In this document: positions 1-8,819 of the stretch, piece by piece
Numbering within the stretch: the first letter of the stretch is position 1
How the letters are laid out: every line of letters starts with the position of its first letter
NCBI GenBank assembly: GCA_035488835.1
Contig: DATHKX010000057.1
Span: forward strand, 21,149 to 85,148
DNA length: 64,000 nt
Source: Gemmatimonadales bacterium
Lineage (GTDB): Bacteria; Gemmatimonadota; Gemmatimonadetes; Gemmatimonadales; GWC2-71-9
Direction of reading: 5' to 3'
Notes under the pieces: model-generated
Databases searched by the model: none
What the model saw: the letters and a program-made list of their open reading frames with translations, nothing else
Told to the model about the DNA's origin: nothing
Position numbers and translations under genes: made by a program

Positions 1-38
1 GGCGCGGGGCGACACGACGCAAGCGAAGGCGGACACCG

Positions 39-1325
39 TCAGCGCGGTGCCGTAATCGCCGTTTTCAAACGCTCGAGCGCTGCTTCTTTCCCCACCACGT
101 ATAACAGCTCGTTCACCGGCTCCGATACCGTGCCGCCGGTCAGCGCGATGCGGATCGGCTGGAAGATCTTCCCCGCAGCAACACCCTGCTGCTCCGCAAG
201 CGCGCGCAGCCGCCGCTCGAGCTGGTCCGGCGTCCAGTCGGTGTCCCGGAGGGCCGCCACGCTCGCCTCGAGCGACGCCTTGTAACCGGCCGGATCCTTT
301 GCGATCTCCTGTTTCGCTTTGTCATCGAGCCGGACGTGTTTGGCGTCGAGCCGGGCGGCCACCTGGCGCGCCACATCGAGCGTGGTGCGCGACCGGGTCT
401 TCACGGCGGCGATCGCTTTGACCACGGCCTCCGCGTTCCCCTTCACACCGAGCTTCTCGAGCTCCGGGGCCACCAGCGGCAACAGGTCCTCGGCCGGCGT
501 GGCGGAGAGATACTGCCCGTTCATCCACTCGAGCTTCGTCATGTCGAAGATCGCGGCCTTTTGCTGGATCCCGGCGAAGGAGAACAACTGGATCATTTCG
601 TCCAGCGTCATGATCTCGCGGTCGCCCCCGGGACTCCAGCCGAGCAGGGCCAGGAAGTTGCGCATCGCGGCGGGGAGAATGCCCATGTGCTGATAGTCGC
701 CCACCGCGGTCGCACCGTGGCGCTTCGAGAGCTTCTTGCCGTCGGGTCCGTTGATCATCGGGACGTGGCCGAACACCGGCAGCGGCGCGCCGAGCGCGCG
801 GTACAGCGCGATCTGCTTGGGCGTGTTCGAGATGTGGTCGTCGCCCCGCAGCACGTGGGTGATCCGCATGTCGAGATCGTCCACGACCACCGCGAGGTTG
901 TAGATCGGCGTGCGGTCGGAGCGCAGGATGATGAAGTCCTTGATGTCGGCACCCTGGAACGAGATCCGGCCGTGCACCGCGTCTTCCCAGGCGATCTCAC
1001 CGAGCGGGACGCGGAACCGGATCGCGCCCTCGTCCATGTACGCCTTGCCTTCGGCGAGGAGGCGGTCGGCGACCTCCTGGTGGCGCTTCACGCGGGCGCC
1101 CTGGAACACGAGCTCCTCGTCCCAGTCGAGCCCCAGCCAGGTGAGCCCGTCGAGGATCACCTGAGTGTGCTCGTCAGTCGACCGAGCCTTGTCGGTGTCT
1201 TCGATGCGCAGCAGGAACTTGCCGCCCTCGCGGCGGGCGTACAGCCAATTGAAGAGCGCCGTACGGGCGCCTCCGACGTGGAGATAACCCGTCGGGGACG
1301 GGGCGAAGCGGACGCGAACTGTCAT
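39..1325 (-). CDS. gltX: Glutamate--tRNA ligase
   Basis: N-terminus MTVRVRFAPSPTGYLHVGGARTALFNWLYAR carries the class I HIGH-type motif. A KLSKR (KMSKS-type) motif is present. The ORF is full length at 428 aa. Confidence 0.93.
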   Translation of the reverse strand: MTVRVRFAPSPTGYLHVGGARTALFNWLYARREGGKFLLRIEDTDKARSTDEHTQVILDGLTWLGLDWDEELVFQGARVKRHQEVADRLLAEGKAYMDEGAIRFRVPLGEIAWEDAVHGRISFQGADIKDFIILRSDRTPIYNLAVVVDDLDMRITHVLRGDDHISNTPKQIALYRALGAPLPVFGHVPMINGPDGKKLSKRHGATAVGDYQHMGILPAAMRNFLALLGWSPGGDREIMTLDEMIQLFSFAGIQQKAAIFDMTKLEWMNGQYLSATPAEDLLPLVAPELEKLGVKGNAEAVVKAIAAVKTRSRTTLDVARQVAARLDAKHVRLDDKAKQEIAKDPAGYKASLEASVAALRDTDWTPDQLERRLRALAEQQGVAAGKIFQPIRIALTGGTVSEPVNELLYVVGKEAALERLKTAITAPR

Positions 1326-1338
1326 GGGGGGTGAGGTA

Positions 1339-1429
1339 CGGAGGGGGGGGGATTCGAACCCCCGATAGGGGTATTAGCCCCTATAACGGTTTAGCAAACC
1401 GCCGCCTTCAGCCACTCGGCCACCCCTCC
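1339..1429 (-). tRNA. tRNA-Ser (anticodon GCU), class II with a long variable arm
   Basis: Reverse complement reads GGAGGGG-TG-GCCGAGTGGCTGAAGGC-G-GCGGT-TTGCTAA-ACCGT-(variable arm GGGGCTAATACCCC)-GGGGG-TTCGAAT-CCCCC-CCCCTCC-G. The 7-bp acceptor pairs. The loop TTGCTAA gives anticodon GCT. No CCA is encoded. Confidence 0.9.
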
Positions 1430-1454
1430 TCATTGTGGCCTAAGAACCTAGCGG

Positions 1455-1700
1455 CTAGGCGGGTACCGTGGAAGGTGGCGACTTTGCCGTTACTTTGCCA
1501 TTGAAGCGCTTGGCAACCGCTTCGGCAAGGTCGGCGTCGTTGACGATGTTGTAGTGGTCGAACATGGCCCGCGTTTTCCACCCGCACAGCGCCATGATCG
1601 TGCCCTCATCCACGCCGGCCACGCGGAATTCTAACGACGGATTGACCTTCGAATGCTGAGCGATCTGCCCATCGTGCCCCACCACTCGTCTCGAGCACAC
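1455..1700 (-). pseudogene. Tyrosine recombinase (phage-type integrase) C-terminal remnant
   Basis: The 81-aa ORF keeps only the catalytic-Tyr box region VAGVDEGTIMALCGWKTRAMFDHYNIVNDADLAEAV. The N-terminal and core catalytic parts are missing. It lies 25 bp from the tRNA-Ser 5' end and is a paralog of the relic at 18263-18667. Confidence 0.7.
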
Positions 1701-1718
1701 ACTCGCTCCGTCACGTTC

Positions 1719-2618
1719 ATGATGCTGGCGACGGTTTTCACCGTGAGCCGTGGACTACCGGCTCTTCAGCAACCCCTCTACCTGTCGGCCAACATCGACA
1801 AAGACGAGTTCTTCGAAAATGAGCCGATCTACGCTCTCTTTCAGTTGACGAACACGGGTTCCGATACGGCTTGGCTAGGCCGGTTTGAGTTGATGCCTGG
1901 GGAGTTGGACGTAAGGCTGATCAGGTCGGACGGCGCGGTCGTACCCCGTGTCACGGTCTGGGTCGATTACGTCACTGATCCGAGGTCCCGCGGAGATCCG
2001 CTGGCTCCGGGGGGACGTCGGTTTCTGCTGCTCGTGCTGCAGAATCGCTATGGTGTTGAACCGCGACCGGGGCCACGAATCTTCGACAAGTACCTTCCGC
2101 CGGGGCGATACACACTCACGGCGACGTTCAATCCTCACGCGATCTCGCTGCCCGTCGTTGTTATGACTCCGCTTTCCTTTGCGATACGACCGCGCACACC
2201 TGCAGAGGACGCGTCGTTCGGTGAAGTTGCGCGGGTTATGGGTCTCTGGTGGGATCGCGCGCAACAAGGGCAGTACGTGGCGGCCCTCGATGAGCTTGCA
2301 GACCGACGCCTTAAGGCGAATGGCGGCGATCCATATCTCGCTTACTTGCTCAACGAAGGTGAAGTGAAGGCCGAGGCCGCAGGCTTGCGGGTTGACAGCG
2401 CAGGAGATGCCCGCCTTGCGAACCTGCGCGTGCTCACTGCTCTTGCACAGCGGGCGCGCCCATCCGGAGCCCTGGCGGCGCAAGCCGCCTTCTTCGGAGG
2501 TGCGTGGAACATGCGACCGACTCTGTCCGAGCGTTTGGGTAGTTCGCTGGCCGCCGATGTGGTGCGAATGCACGAGGCGAGGGATCTGCTGTACCTCAAG
2601 GCTAGGTCGATTAAGTGA
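1719..2618 (+). CDS. Hypothetical protein (start uncertain; track ORF begins at 1653)
   Basis: Long ORF in visibly lower-GC DNA next to the integrase relic. I recognise no family. It has no signal peptide, so the 5' end may have been truncated by the integration event. Confidence 0.4.
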   Translation: MMLATVFTVSRGLPALQQPLYLSANIDKDEFFENEPIYALFQLTNTGSDTAWLGRFELMPGELDVRLIRSDGAVVPRVTVWVDYVTDPRSRGDPLAPGGRRFLLLVLQNRYGVEPRPGPRIFDKYLPPGRYTLTATFNPHAISLPVVVMTPLSFAIRPRTPAEDASFGEVARVMGLWWDRAQQGQYVAALDELADRRLKANGGDPYLAYLLNEGEVKAEAAGLRVDSAGDARLANLRVLTALAQRARPSGALAAQAAFFGGAWNMRPTLSERLGSSLAADVVRMHEARDLLYLKARSIK

Positions 2619-2766
2619 AACCGCGAACCACATATCTTTGGGGACCAGAAAGCATGACTAGCGGAATGGCTCAACTTGGGGCCCGTGAGTCCGCAGGCGA
2701 GTCCCAAGGCCAGTGCCAGATACGTCGGGATGCGCTTCATGGCTCCCCTTTCGCTGCCTGCCCACG

Positions 2767-3090
2767 TCAGTAGCCGCGCTCCATGAGCTTCACGCGCTCG
2801 GCCAGGTCGGCCGGCTCGGTCTTGACCAAGTCGCCGAACGGCGTGATGTAGATGCGCACGGTGGGGGCTCCGGGAATGCGGGTGGGTCCGAATGCGAAGC
2901 GCCATACGCGTGGGTGTCCCGCCAGCTCTGGCGCGCCCTGCCACAGCAACGTCGTGGATTGCGTTCCCATCTCGGGCGGCGGAGCGCCGAGCAGGTTACC
3001 CACGGTGTAAAAGGCGGCGGCCCACGACGCTCCGAGCAGCAGGGCGCCCACGAAGGCGGCCACGAGCGTCATCCAGAACAGGCGTGCCAT
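2767..3090 (-). CDS. Small N-terminally membrane-anchored hypothetical protein
   Basis: 107-aa ORF with a hydrophobic N-terminus, MARLFWMTLVAAFVGALLLGASWAAAF. Codon usage looks GC3-rich like the host genes. Confidence 0.5.
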   Translation of the reverse strand: MARLFWMTLVAAFVGALLLGASWAAAFYTVGNLLGAPPPEMGTQSTTLLWQGAPELAGHPRVWRFAFGPTRIPGAPTVRIYITPFGDLVKTEPADLAERVKLMERGY

Positions 3091-3304
3091 TTTGAAGTCC
3101 CTGTGGAGGAGGCAGGCGCCCTAACGGATAGCGGGGAAGGCCCGGCGGCACAACTTAGCAGCGAAAATGTCACAGTTCGACCACAAAAACCGGGTCGTCG
3201 CGATACGCGCGGTGACGCCGTGAAATGCCTGTGAGCCCAGTCACCGTGCGGCTTTAGCACGGTTCAGCCTGCACGTGGCACCGCCCTTGCCCCTGCCGTG
3301 GGCC

Positions 3305-3886
3305 ATGCGGCGGATCGCGGTAGTGCTCGTTACAGCGGCGGCAATCGGCGGGTGGCTCACACCATCGGCCGCACAAAAGGCCGCCAGGGTACCCAGTCTC
3401 AGGGCGGCGTCCTACATCTATCTCACGCCGAACCCGTTTCTGGGATCGTTGACGGCCCGGGTCCCGCGCACCGTGCGGCCCAGCGCCGATCGTCGAGCCC
3501 TGCACGCCGTTGCGGAAGCGATGCCGGCCCGAGCCTCGTGGAGTACGGAGCACCTGACCCAGCTTCCTGCGCGCGTGTCGTGGACGCCATCTCACACGGC
3601 GCTGGCGAGTGCATTCCTCGTCACCCTGTTGATCGATGCCGCGCAGACGCGCGAGCTCGCGCGCCAGGGCTGGGTTGGCTTCCGCGAATCGAATCCGCTG
3701 CTGGGCGAGCGGCCGAGCGTCGGCCGGGTGAACAGTTACACCGCCCTGGCGGGCCTCAGCGTGCTCGGCGCGGCCGCGGCGGCCCCGCCGCGCTTGCGCC
3801 CCTGGCTGCTCGGCGCCGCGATCGCGGTGCAGGCATTCACGATCCAGAGTAGTGTGCGCCAGGGGATACCCATCCGGTTTCCCTAG
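3305..3886 (+). CDS. Hypothetical secreted/membrane protein
   Basis: An internal ATG gives MRRIAVVLVTAAAIGGWLTPSAAQ, a signal-like N-terminus. Hydrophobic segments occur later in the protein. No family was recognised with confidence. Confidence 0.5.
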   Translation: MRRIAVVLVTAAAIGGWLTPSAAQKAARVPSLRAASYIYLTPNPFLGSLTARVPRTVRPSADRRALHAVAEAMPARASWSTEHLTQLPARVSWTPSHTALASAFLVTLLIDAAQTRELARQGWVGFRESNPLLGERPSVGRVNSYTALAGLSVLGAAAAAPPRLRPWLLGAAIAVQAFTIQSSVRQGIPIRFP

Positions 3887-3937
3887 ACGCAACGCGCGAG
3901 TGAGTTCGCGGCTTGAGCCGCGGATTACATTCGGTGA

Positions 3938-4645
3938 ATGACCCTCGGTGTTCTGTCAACGATCCCCAACGTCAACCGCTCCATCGTTCGCTGCACCCGC
4001 TGTCCGCGGTTGCGGGCCTATTGCCGCCGTGTAGCCCGGGACAAGAAGCGTGAATTTCGCGACTGGGAGTACTGGGGGAAGCCGGTTCCGGGCTTGGGCG
4101 ATCCGGATGCGCGGTTGCTCGTCGTCGGGCTCGCCCCCGCGGCGCACGGCGCCAACCGCACCGGGCGCATGTTCACGGGAGACTCGAGCGGCAGCTGGTT
4201 GTACGAGGCGCTCTATCGGCACGGGTTCGCGAGCCAGCCGCAATCGCTGTCCCGCGATGACGGCCTGACGCTCAACGACTGCTACATCTCCGCGGCGGCG
4301 CGGTGCGCGCCGCCCGGCAACAAGCCCAGCCGTGTCGAGCTCGACCGTTGCCGGCCGTATCTCGCAGCCGAGCTGCGATTGCTCCGGCGGGTGCGGGTGG
4401 TGGTAACGCTGGGACGGATCGCGCACGAGAGCTGGCTCAAGGCAGCGGGGTGGTGGGAGCGGCTCCCACCGCGCGCGCGGCCTCCGTTCGCTCACGGCGC
4501 GGAGACGATGCTGCCCGACGGCGCCGTGGTCATCGCGTCGTATCACCCGAGCCGCCAGAACACCAACACGGGCAAGCTGACCCCGACGATGTGGAACGCG
4601 GTGTTTCGGACAGCGCGGGCGCTGCTCGGGCAACCGACTCTTTAG
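3938..4645 (+). CDS. Uracil-DNA glycosylase superfamily protein (family 4/5, UdgB-like)
   Basis: CTRCPRL Fe-S Cys cluster region, the GLAPAAHGANRTGRMFTGDSSG motif, and a C-terminal YHPSRQN motif. Confidence 0.85.
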   Translation: MTLGVLSTIPNVNRSIVRCTRCPRLRAYCRRVARDKKREFRDWEYWGKPVPGLGDPDARLLVVGLAPAAHGANRTGRMFTGDSSGSWLYEALYRHGFASQPQSLSRDDGLTLNDCYISAAARCAPPGNKPSRVELDRCRPYLAAELRLLRRVRVVVTLGRIAHESWLKAAGWWERLPPRARPPFAHGAETMLPDGAVVIASYHPSRQNTNTGKLTPTMWNAVFRTARALLGQPTL

Positions 4646-4773
4646 GCTACCCGGACCCAAGTGGGCGGCGAACTGGCGATACGTCAGCGAGATACGCTCC
4701 CAGGGGCTGAGCAACCTGCAGGAGGATCGCGAGCCGTTCCGCTATCGGCCCTACCTTGGCTCCTTTTACGGCC

Positions 4774-4802
4774 TTGACAGTTCTTAAATCGTCTCTATTT
4801 TA
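4774..4802 (+). promoter_or_regulatory. Candidate sigma70-type promoter for the 4.9-12 kb operon
   Basis: TTGACA at 4774-4779, then a 16-17 nt spacer, then TATTTT/ATTTTA at 4796-4802. It sits in an AT-rich patch about 100 nt upstream of the GTG start at 4909. Confidence 0.35.
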
Positions 4803-4908
4803 GTGACGTTATGCGTCCCTAAAACACCGTGCGGTGGGACGCAACCAGGCCAGAAAAAGTGCGGGGTATGACCGTCGCCGTCAAGACGCCCGACTCCATG
4901 AATAGACC

Positions 4909-5457
4909 GTGAGATCCCTCCGACCGGTGGGAGTCGGGCTGGTGGTCGGCGCGATCGCGTTCGCGTGCGATCGCTCGCCCACCGCCGTGCCGATCCCAAC
5001 CCCGCTGGCGGCTCGGTCCCAACCCGGGCCAAGCAAGAAGTCCGGTCTGATCCCGTGTGCCCAATCCTATGACTCCGTAACCAAGCTCATCGGCCGACAG
5101 GGAGGGGCATTCCCCGTAGGCCCCCATTACGTGTTCGTCGATTCGCTGGCGTTGCGCGACACAGTGAGGATCACCATCGTGGCGCCAGCGGGCGCCGTGA
5201 GGTGGGTTCGGTTCCGGCCCGACGGCCTCGTCTTCCAGACGACCGTGGACGGTTGGTCCGCACTGCTCTACACGAATTACAAGGACTGCGGGGTGCCGAC
5301 GAGTGACACGCTCCGGATCGCTCAGGTCAGCGACTCGCTGCGCGTCCTCGGGTACCTGCAGACCTTCGTCAAATCCAAGAAGAACCCCTGGAGTCAAGGG
5401 ACACAATTCGTCGTCGGGCTGTTGCCGCATTTCTCGAACTACGCGGTCGCCTGGTAG
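4909..5457 (+). CDS. Lipoprotein with ZU5-like core and C-terminal HFSNYAVAW motif (paralog 1)
   Basis: Signal/lipobox ...LVVGAIAFAC. Core reads GGAFPVGPHYVFVDSLAL...VRFRPDGLVFQ. It ends ...LLPHFSNYAVAW. Confidence 0.7.
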   Translation: MRSLRPVGVGLVVGAIAFACDRSPTAVPIPTPLAARSQPGPSKKSGLIPCAQSYDSVTKLIGRQGGAFPVGPHYVFVDSLALRDTVRITIVAPAGAVRWVRFRPDGLVFQTTVDGWSALLYTNYKDCGVPTSDTLRIAQVSDSLRVLGYLQTFVKSKKNPWSQGTQFVVGLLPHFSNYAVAW

Positions 5458-5465
5458 GACTCACA

Positions 5466-6164
5466 ATGGCCTCGGAGAATCGTATGTCCCTTCGCCGTTC
5501 ACTGATCCCGCTGGCGCTCGCGCTGTTGGCCACCCGATGCGCCGACGGACCGCATCCCACGGCGGTGCAGCAGCCGACCGCCCCAGCGCCGCACTTCCTG
5601 CGGTGGGCCGGGGGCGCCGCGCCGCAGTTCACCTCGATCGGCGCGCTGTCGGGCGGGGTCGGTGATCGCGCTCGCCTCGCCGCTCCCGCGGGTGGGGTCA
5701 GTCTCGATCGGTATACGGCGTCGTTCTGGGCGGTCCGCGGCGAGCCGCGGTCTCTGCAGATCAACTACCTGAGCTCCACCGGGGACACCAGCTCGCCGTT
5801 CTTGCGGCTCACCACCACTGATCCGGCATATGTACCTGGGGTCGGCGACCTCGCGCCCGGCGACTCTGTGCTGATCACGGTGACGATCGACCCAGAGAAC
5901 ATCAAAGTGTCGCTCGAGCCGACAGGATTGCTGTTCGGCGAGCCCGGCCAGCTGGAGATCTCCTATGGCGGCGCCGATGGCGACCTGAACGGCGACGGTG
6001 TGCTGGACGACGCCGACTCCTACATCGAAGGCCGGCTGCTGGGGCTGTGGTATCGCGAGGGCACTGAGGGTGCGTGGGAGAGAATCCCTGCAGTGCAATT
6101 GCTCTCGGACAAGTCGTTCACCAGTGCGTTGCCCCACTTCTGCGAGTACGCGGTTTCCTGGTAG
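5466..6164 (+). CDS. Lipoprotein with C-terminal HFCEYAVSW motif (paralog 2; alternative start 5484)
   Basis: Signal MSLRRSLIPLALALLATRC. Contains a Ca-binding-like DGDLNGDGVLDDAD stretch. It ends ...ALPHFCEYAVSW. Only 8 nt separate it from paralog 1. Confidence 0.7.
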   Translation: MASENRMSLRRSLIPLALALLATRCADGPHPTAVQQPTAPAPHFLRWAGGAAPQFTSIGALSGGVGDRARLAAPAGGVSLDRYTASFWAVRGEPRSLQINYLSSTGDTSSPFLRLTTTDPAYVPGVGDLAPGDSVLITVTIDPENIKVSLEPTGLLFGEPGQLEISYGGADGDLNGDGVLDDADSYIEGRLLGLWYREGTEGAWERIPAVQLLSDKSFTSALPHFCEYAVSW

Positions 6165-6183
6165 TCGGCGGGGGACAAGCAGC

Positions 6184-8274
6184 ATGCACGCGTCGTCAAT
6201 CGTAATCGACAAGGCCCGGCAGCTCGCCGCCGCCGGACACCACGCCGAGGTCGTCGAGTACCTCGGCGGGCGACCGGGAAGTGAGCTGGCGGATTCGCCG
6301 AGCCTCGCGCTGCTGTACGGCACCGCGTACGCGCGGCTCGGGCGCCACGATGAGGGACAGCGGTGGCTCGACCTGGCGCTCGACCAGGCGCGCAAGCTTG
6401 ACGAGCAGACGGTCGAGCGTCACGCCCTCAATGCGCGGGGCGCCATCGCCCTGGTGAGCGGGCGGATCGACGAGGCAGCGGAGTACTTCACGCAGGCCCT
6501 CATGGCCGCCAGCCGTGACGGCGATCCTGCCACGACGGCCCGTTCCTCCAACAATCTCGGGATCATCAGCAACCTGCGGGGACGGCACGCGGAGGCGATC
6601 GGGTCCTGGGAGATCGCGGCTGCCGCCTTCGACCGCGCTGGTTTGCGCCAGGGCGTCGCCGAGTGCTACCACAACTTGGCGATCGCGTATCGGCAGCAGG
6701 GCGCGCTCGACCGCGCGCTGGCCACGGCCGACCGGGCCGTCGCCGAAGCCGAAGCGGCTGGAGATCGCACGCTCCTGGCGATGGCGCTCCGGGGGCACGC
6801 GGAGATCCGCTTGGTCCGCGGCGAGCCGGAGCTGGCGCGGGGTGAGCTGGACCGCGTTGGGGAGATCCGCCGCGGGCTGCGCGATACGGTCGGAGAGGCC
6901 GAGGACCTGCGGGTCGCGGCGTCGCTGTTGGTGGCCGAGGGCCAGCCGGCGGCCGCGGAGCGAGCCCTGCGCGAGGTGATCGCGCGGGCCGAGCCGCACG
7001 GGCGGCCGCAGCTTTTGGCGCAGGCGACCCGGGACTTGAGCGGGGTCCTGCGCCGCACCGGGCGGGACACCGAAGCCCATGCGGTGGCGCGCACGGCGCG
7101 GGCCATGTTCGCGCGCCTCGGCGCCGAGGGCGAAATCCGCGATCTGGCCGGTCAGGGCTGGGATGAGGCTTTCGCGGCCGAGCTGCGCGGGTCGCTGGCG
7201 CCGCTCCATGCGGCGCAGGAGTTGGCCGATGCCGGGCGCTATGCCGAGCTACTCAGCTACCTGAGTAAGCGCTCGCCGGACGAGCTCGAGCAGTCCCCCA
7301 TGCTGACCCTACTGTGTGGCCTCGCACACAGTCGACTGGGCCGGCTGGACCTGGGCCAGCAGTGGGCCATGGTCGCGCAGTTGCGGGCGCGCATGCTGGG
7401 GGATCGGAAGCTGGAAGCGCGGGCGCTCAACGTCTCCGGCGCCATCGCGCTGGAGCGGGGCGGCATCAGCGAGGCTACCTACTTCTTCACGCGGGCGCAG
7501 GAAAAGGCGATGCAGGATCATGACATGGCCGGCGTGGGCCGATGCGCCAACAACCTCGGCATCATCGCCAACATGCAGGGGGACTACACCCGGGCCGTCG
7601 GAGCGTACACCCGCGCGATCGCCGCGTACCAGAAGGCCCACCACGACCGCGGCATCATCGAGTCGCAGCACAACCTCGGGATCACGTACCGCGAGCAGGG
7701 GCAGCTGGACCGCGCGATGCGGGCCGCCGACGCGGCGCTGGGGAAGGCCGAGCGGCTGGGCGACCGGACGCTCGAGGCTCAGGCGCTCGCGGGACGGGCT
7801 GAGATCCGGGTCATTCGGGGTGAGCCCGAGCTCGCGATCCGCGACGCGGAGCGGGCGCTGGCGGTGCACCGCGAGCTGAAGGACGCTGTCCTCGAGACCG
7901 AGGACCTGCGAATCCTCGCCGTGGCGCTAGGCACCGCGGGGAAGACGCGAGAGGCCGAGGACATGCTCCGCGGGGTGATCGCCCGCGCGACGGCGCAGGA
8001 GCGGCCCCTGCTCGTCGCCGGTGCCCAGCGCGATCTCGCCCACCTGCTGGCGCTCCTGGGAGACGTCGCTGCGGCGAAACCGATGGCGCAGACGGCCCGT
8101 GCCACGTTCGACCGGCTGGGGGCGAAGGTGGAAATCCAGAAGCTGGACGTGTTGCTGGCGATCCCGGACCTCCTGGTTGCAAAGCAGGAGAGCGAACGCA
8201 TGACGGGATCGCATGCAGGACTGCGTGATGACGTACAACGAGGACGTTCGGGCGACCGTGCCCCACAGGAGTAA
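6184..8274 (+). CDS. Tandem-duplicated TPR-repeat protein (two homologous modules of about 340 aa)
   Basis: Two colinear modules share NNLGIISNLRG/NNLGIIANMQG, CYHNLAIAYRQQGALDRAL/SQHNLGITYREQGQLDRAM and RGEPELA in both. The second module starts near nt 7200. Confidence 0.8.
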   Translation: MHASSIVIDKARQLAAAGHHAEVVEYLGGRPGSELADSPSLALLYGTAYARLGRHDEGQRWLDLALDQARKLDEQTVERHALNARGAIALVSGRIDEAAEYFTQALMAASRDGDPATTARSSNNLGIISNLRGRHAEAIGSWEIAAAAFDRAGLRQGVAECYHNLAIAYRQQGALDRALATADRAVAEAEAAGDRTLLAMALRGHAEIRLVRGEPELARGELDRVGEIRRGLRDTVGEAEDLRVAASLLVAEGQPAAAERALREVIARAEPHGRPQLLAQATRDLSGVLRRTGRDTEAHAVARTARAMFARLGAEGEIRDLAGQGWDEAFAAELRGSLAPLHAAQELADAGRYAELLSYLSKRSPDELEQSPMLTLLCGLAHSRLGRLDLGQQWAMVAQLRARMLGDRKLEARALNVSGAIALERGGISEATYFFTRAQEKAMQDHDMAGVGRCANNLGIIANMQGDYTRAVGAYTRAIAAYQKAHHDRGIIESQHNLGITYREQGQLDRAMRAADAALGKAERLGDRTLEAQALAGRAEIRVIRGEPELAIRDAERALAVHRELKDAVLETEDLRILAVALGTAGKTREAEDMLRGVIARATAQERPLLVAGAQRDLAHLLALLGDVAAAKPMAQTARATFDRLGAKVEIQKLDVLLAIPDLLVAKQESERMTGSHAGLRDDVQRGRSGDRAPQE

Positions 8275-8282
8275 GAGAAGCC

Positions 8283-8819
8283 ATGAAGAAAGGTGAGATC
8301 ATGAAGGCCCTTCGTTTGCTGGTGGTCGCGCTGATCGTGGGCGGGTGCAGCGACCGCGCCCTCATCAGCGCTCCAAACGCGGCTCCGCAGGCCCCTGAGG
8401 CGTCGCTCATCGGAGACCTGCTCGGGGCCACGGGGCTCCTGCAATGCTCCAGCCTCTCGTACGCGTCGGCGACCCAGACGATCGGGTCTGGGGGCGGCAC
8501 GATTCGCGTCGGTCCGCACACCCTGACGGTCCCCGCCGGGGCGCTGCTCTCCCCGGTGGTGATCACGGGTGCGCTGGTGACGGGCCGCGGCGTCAACGCC
8601 GTCCGGTTCCAGCCGGAAGGGCTGAGGTTCCAACGGTCGGCGTATCTCACGATGAGCTACGCGAACTGCAACCTGCTCGGCCGGTTGCTGCCGAAGCGGA
8701 TCGCGTACGTCGGCGACGCGCTCAACATCCTTTCGTACCTCCTGTCGATCGACAACGTGCTCGGTACGAAGGTCACCGGGCGGATCGATCACTTCTCCAA
8801 CTACGCGGTCGCCTGGTGA
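8283..8819 (+). CDS. Lipoprotein with ZU5-like core and C-terminal HFSNYAVAW motif (paralog 3; alternative start 8301)
   Basis: Signal MKALRLLVVALIVGGC. Core reads IGSGGGTIRVGPHTLTVPAGALLSPVVITG...VRFQPEGLRFQRSAYLTMSY. It ends ...RIDHFSNYAVAW. Confidence 0.72.
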   Translation: MKKGEIMKALRLLVVALIVGGCSDRALISAPNAAPQAPEASLIGDLLGATGLLQCSSLSYASATQTIGSGGGTIRVGPHTLTVPAGALLSPVVITGALVTGRGVNAVRFQPEGLRFQRSAYLTMSYANCNLLGRLLPKRIAYVGDALNILSYLLSIDNVLGTKVTGRIDHFSNYAVAW

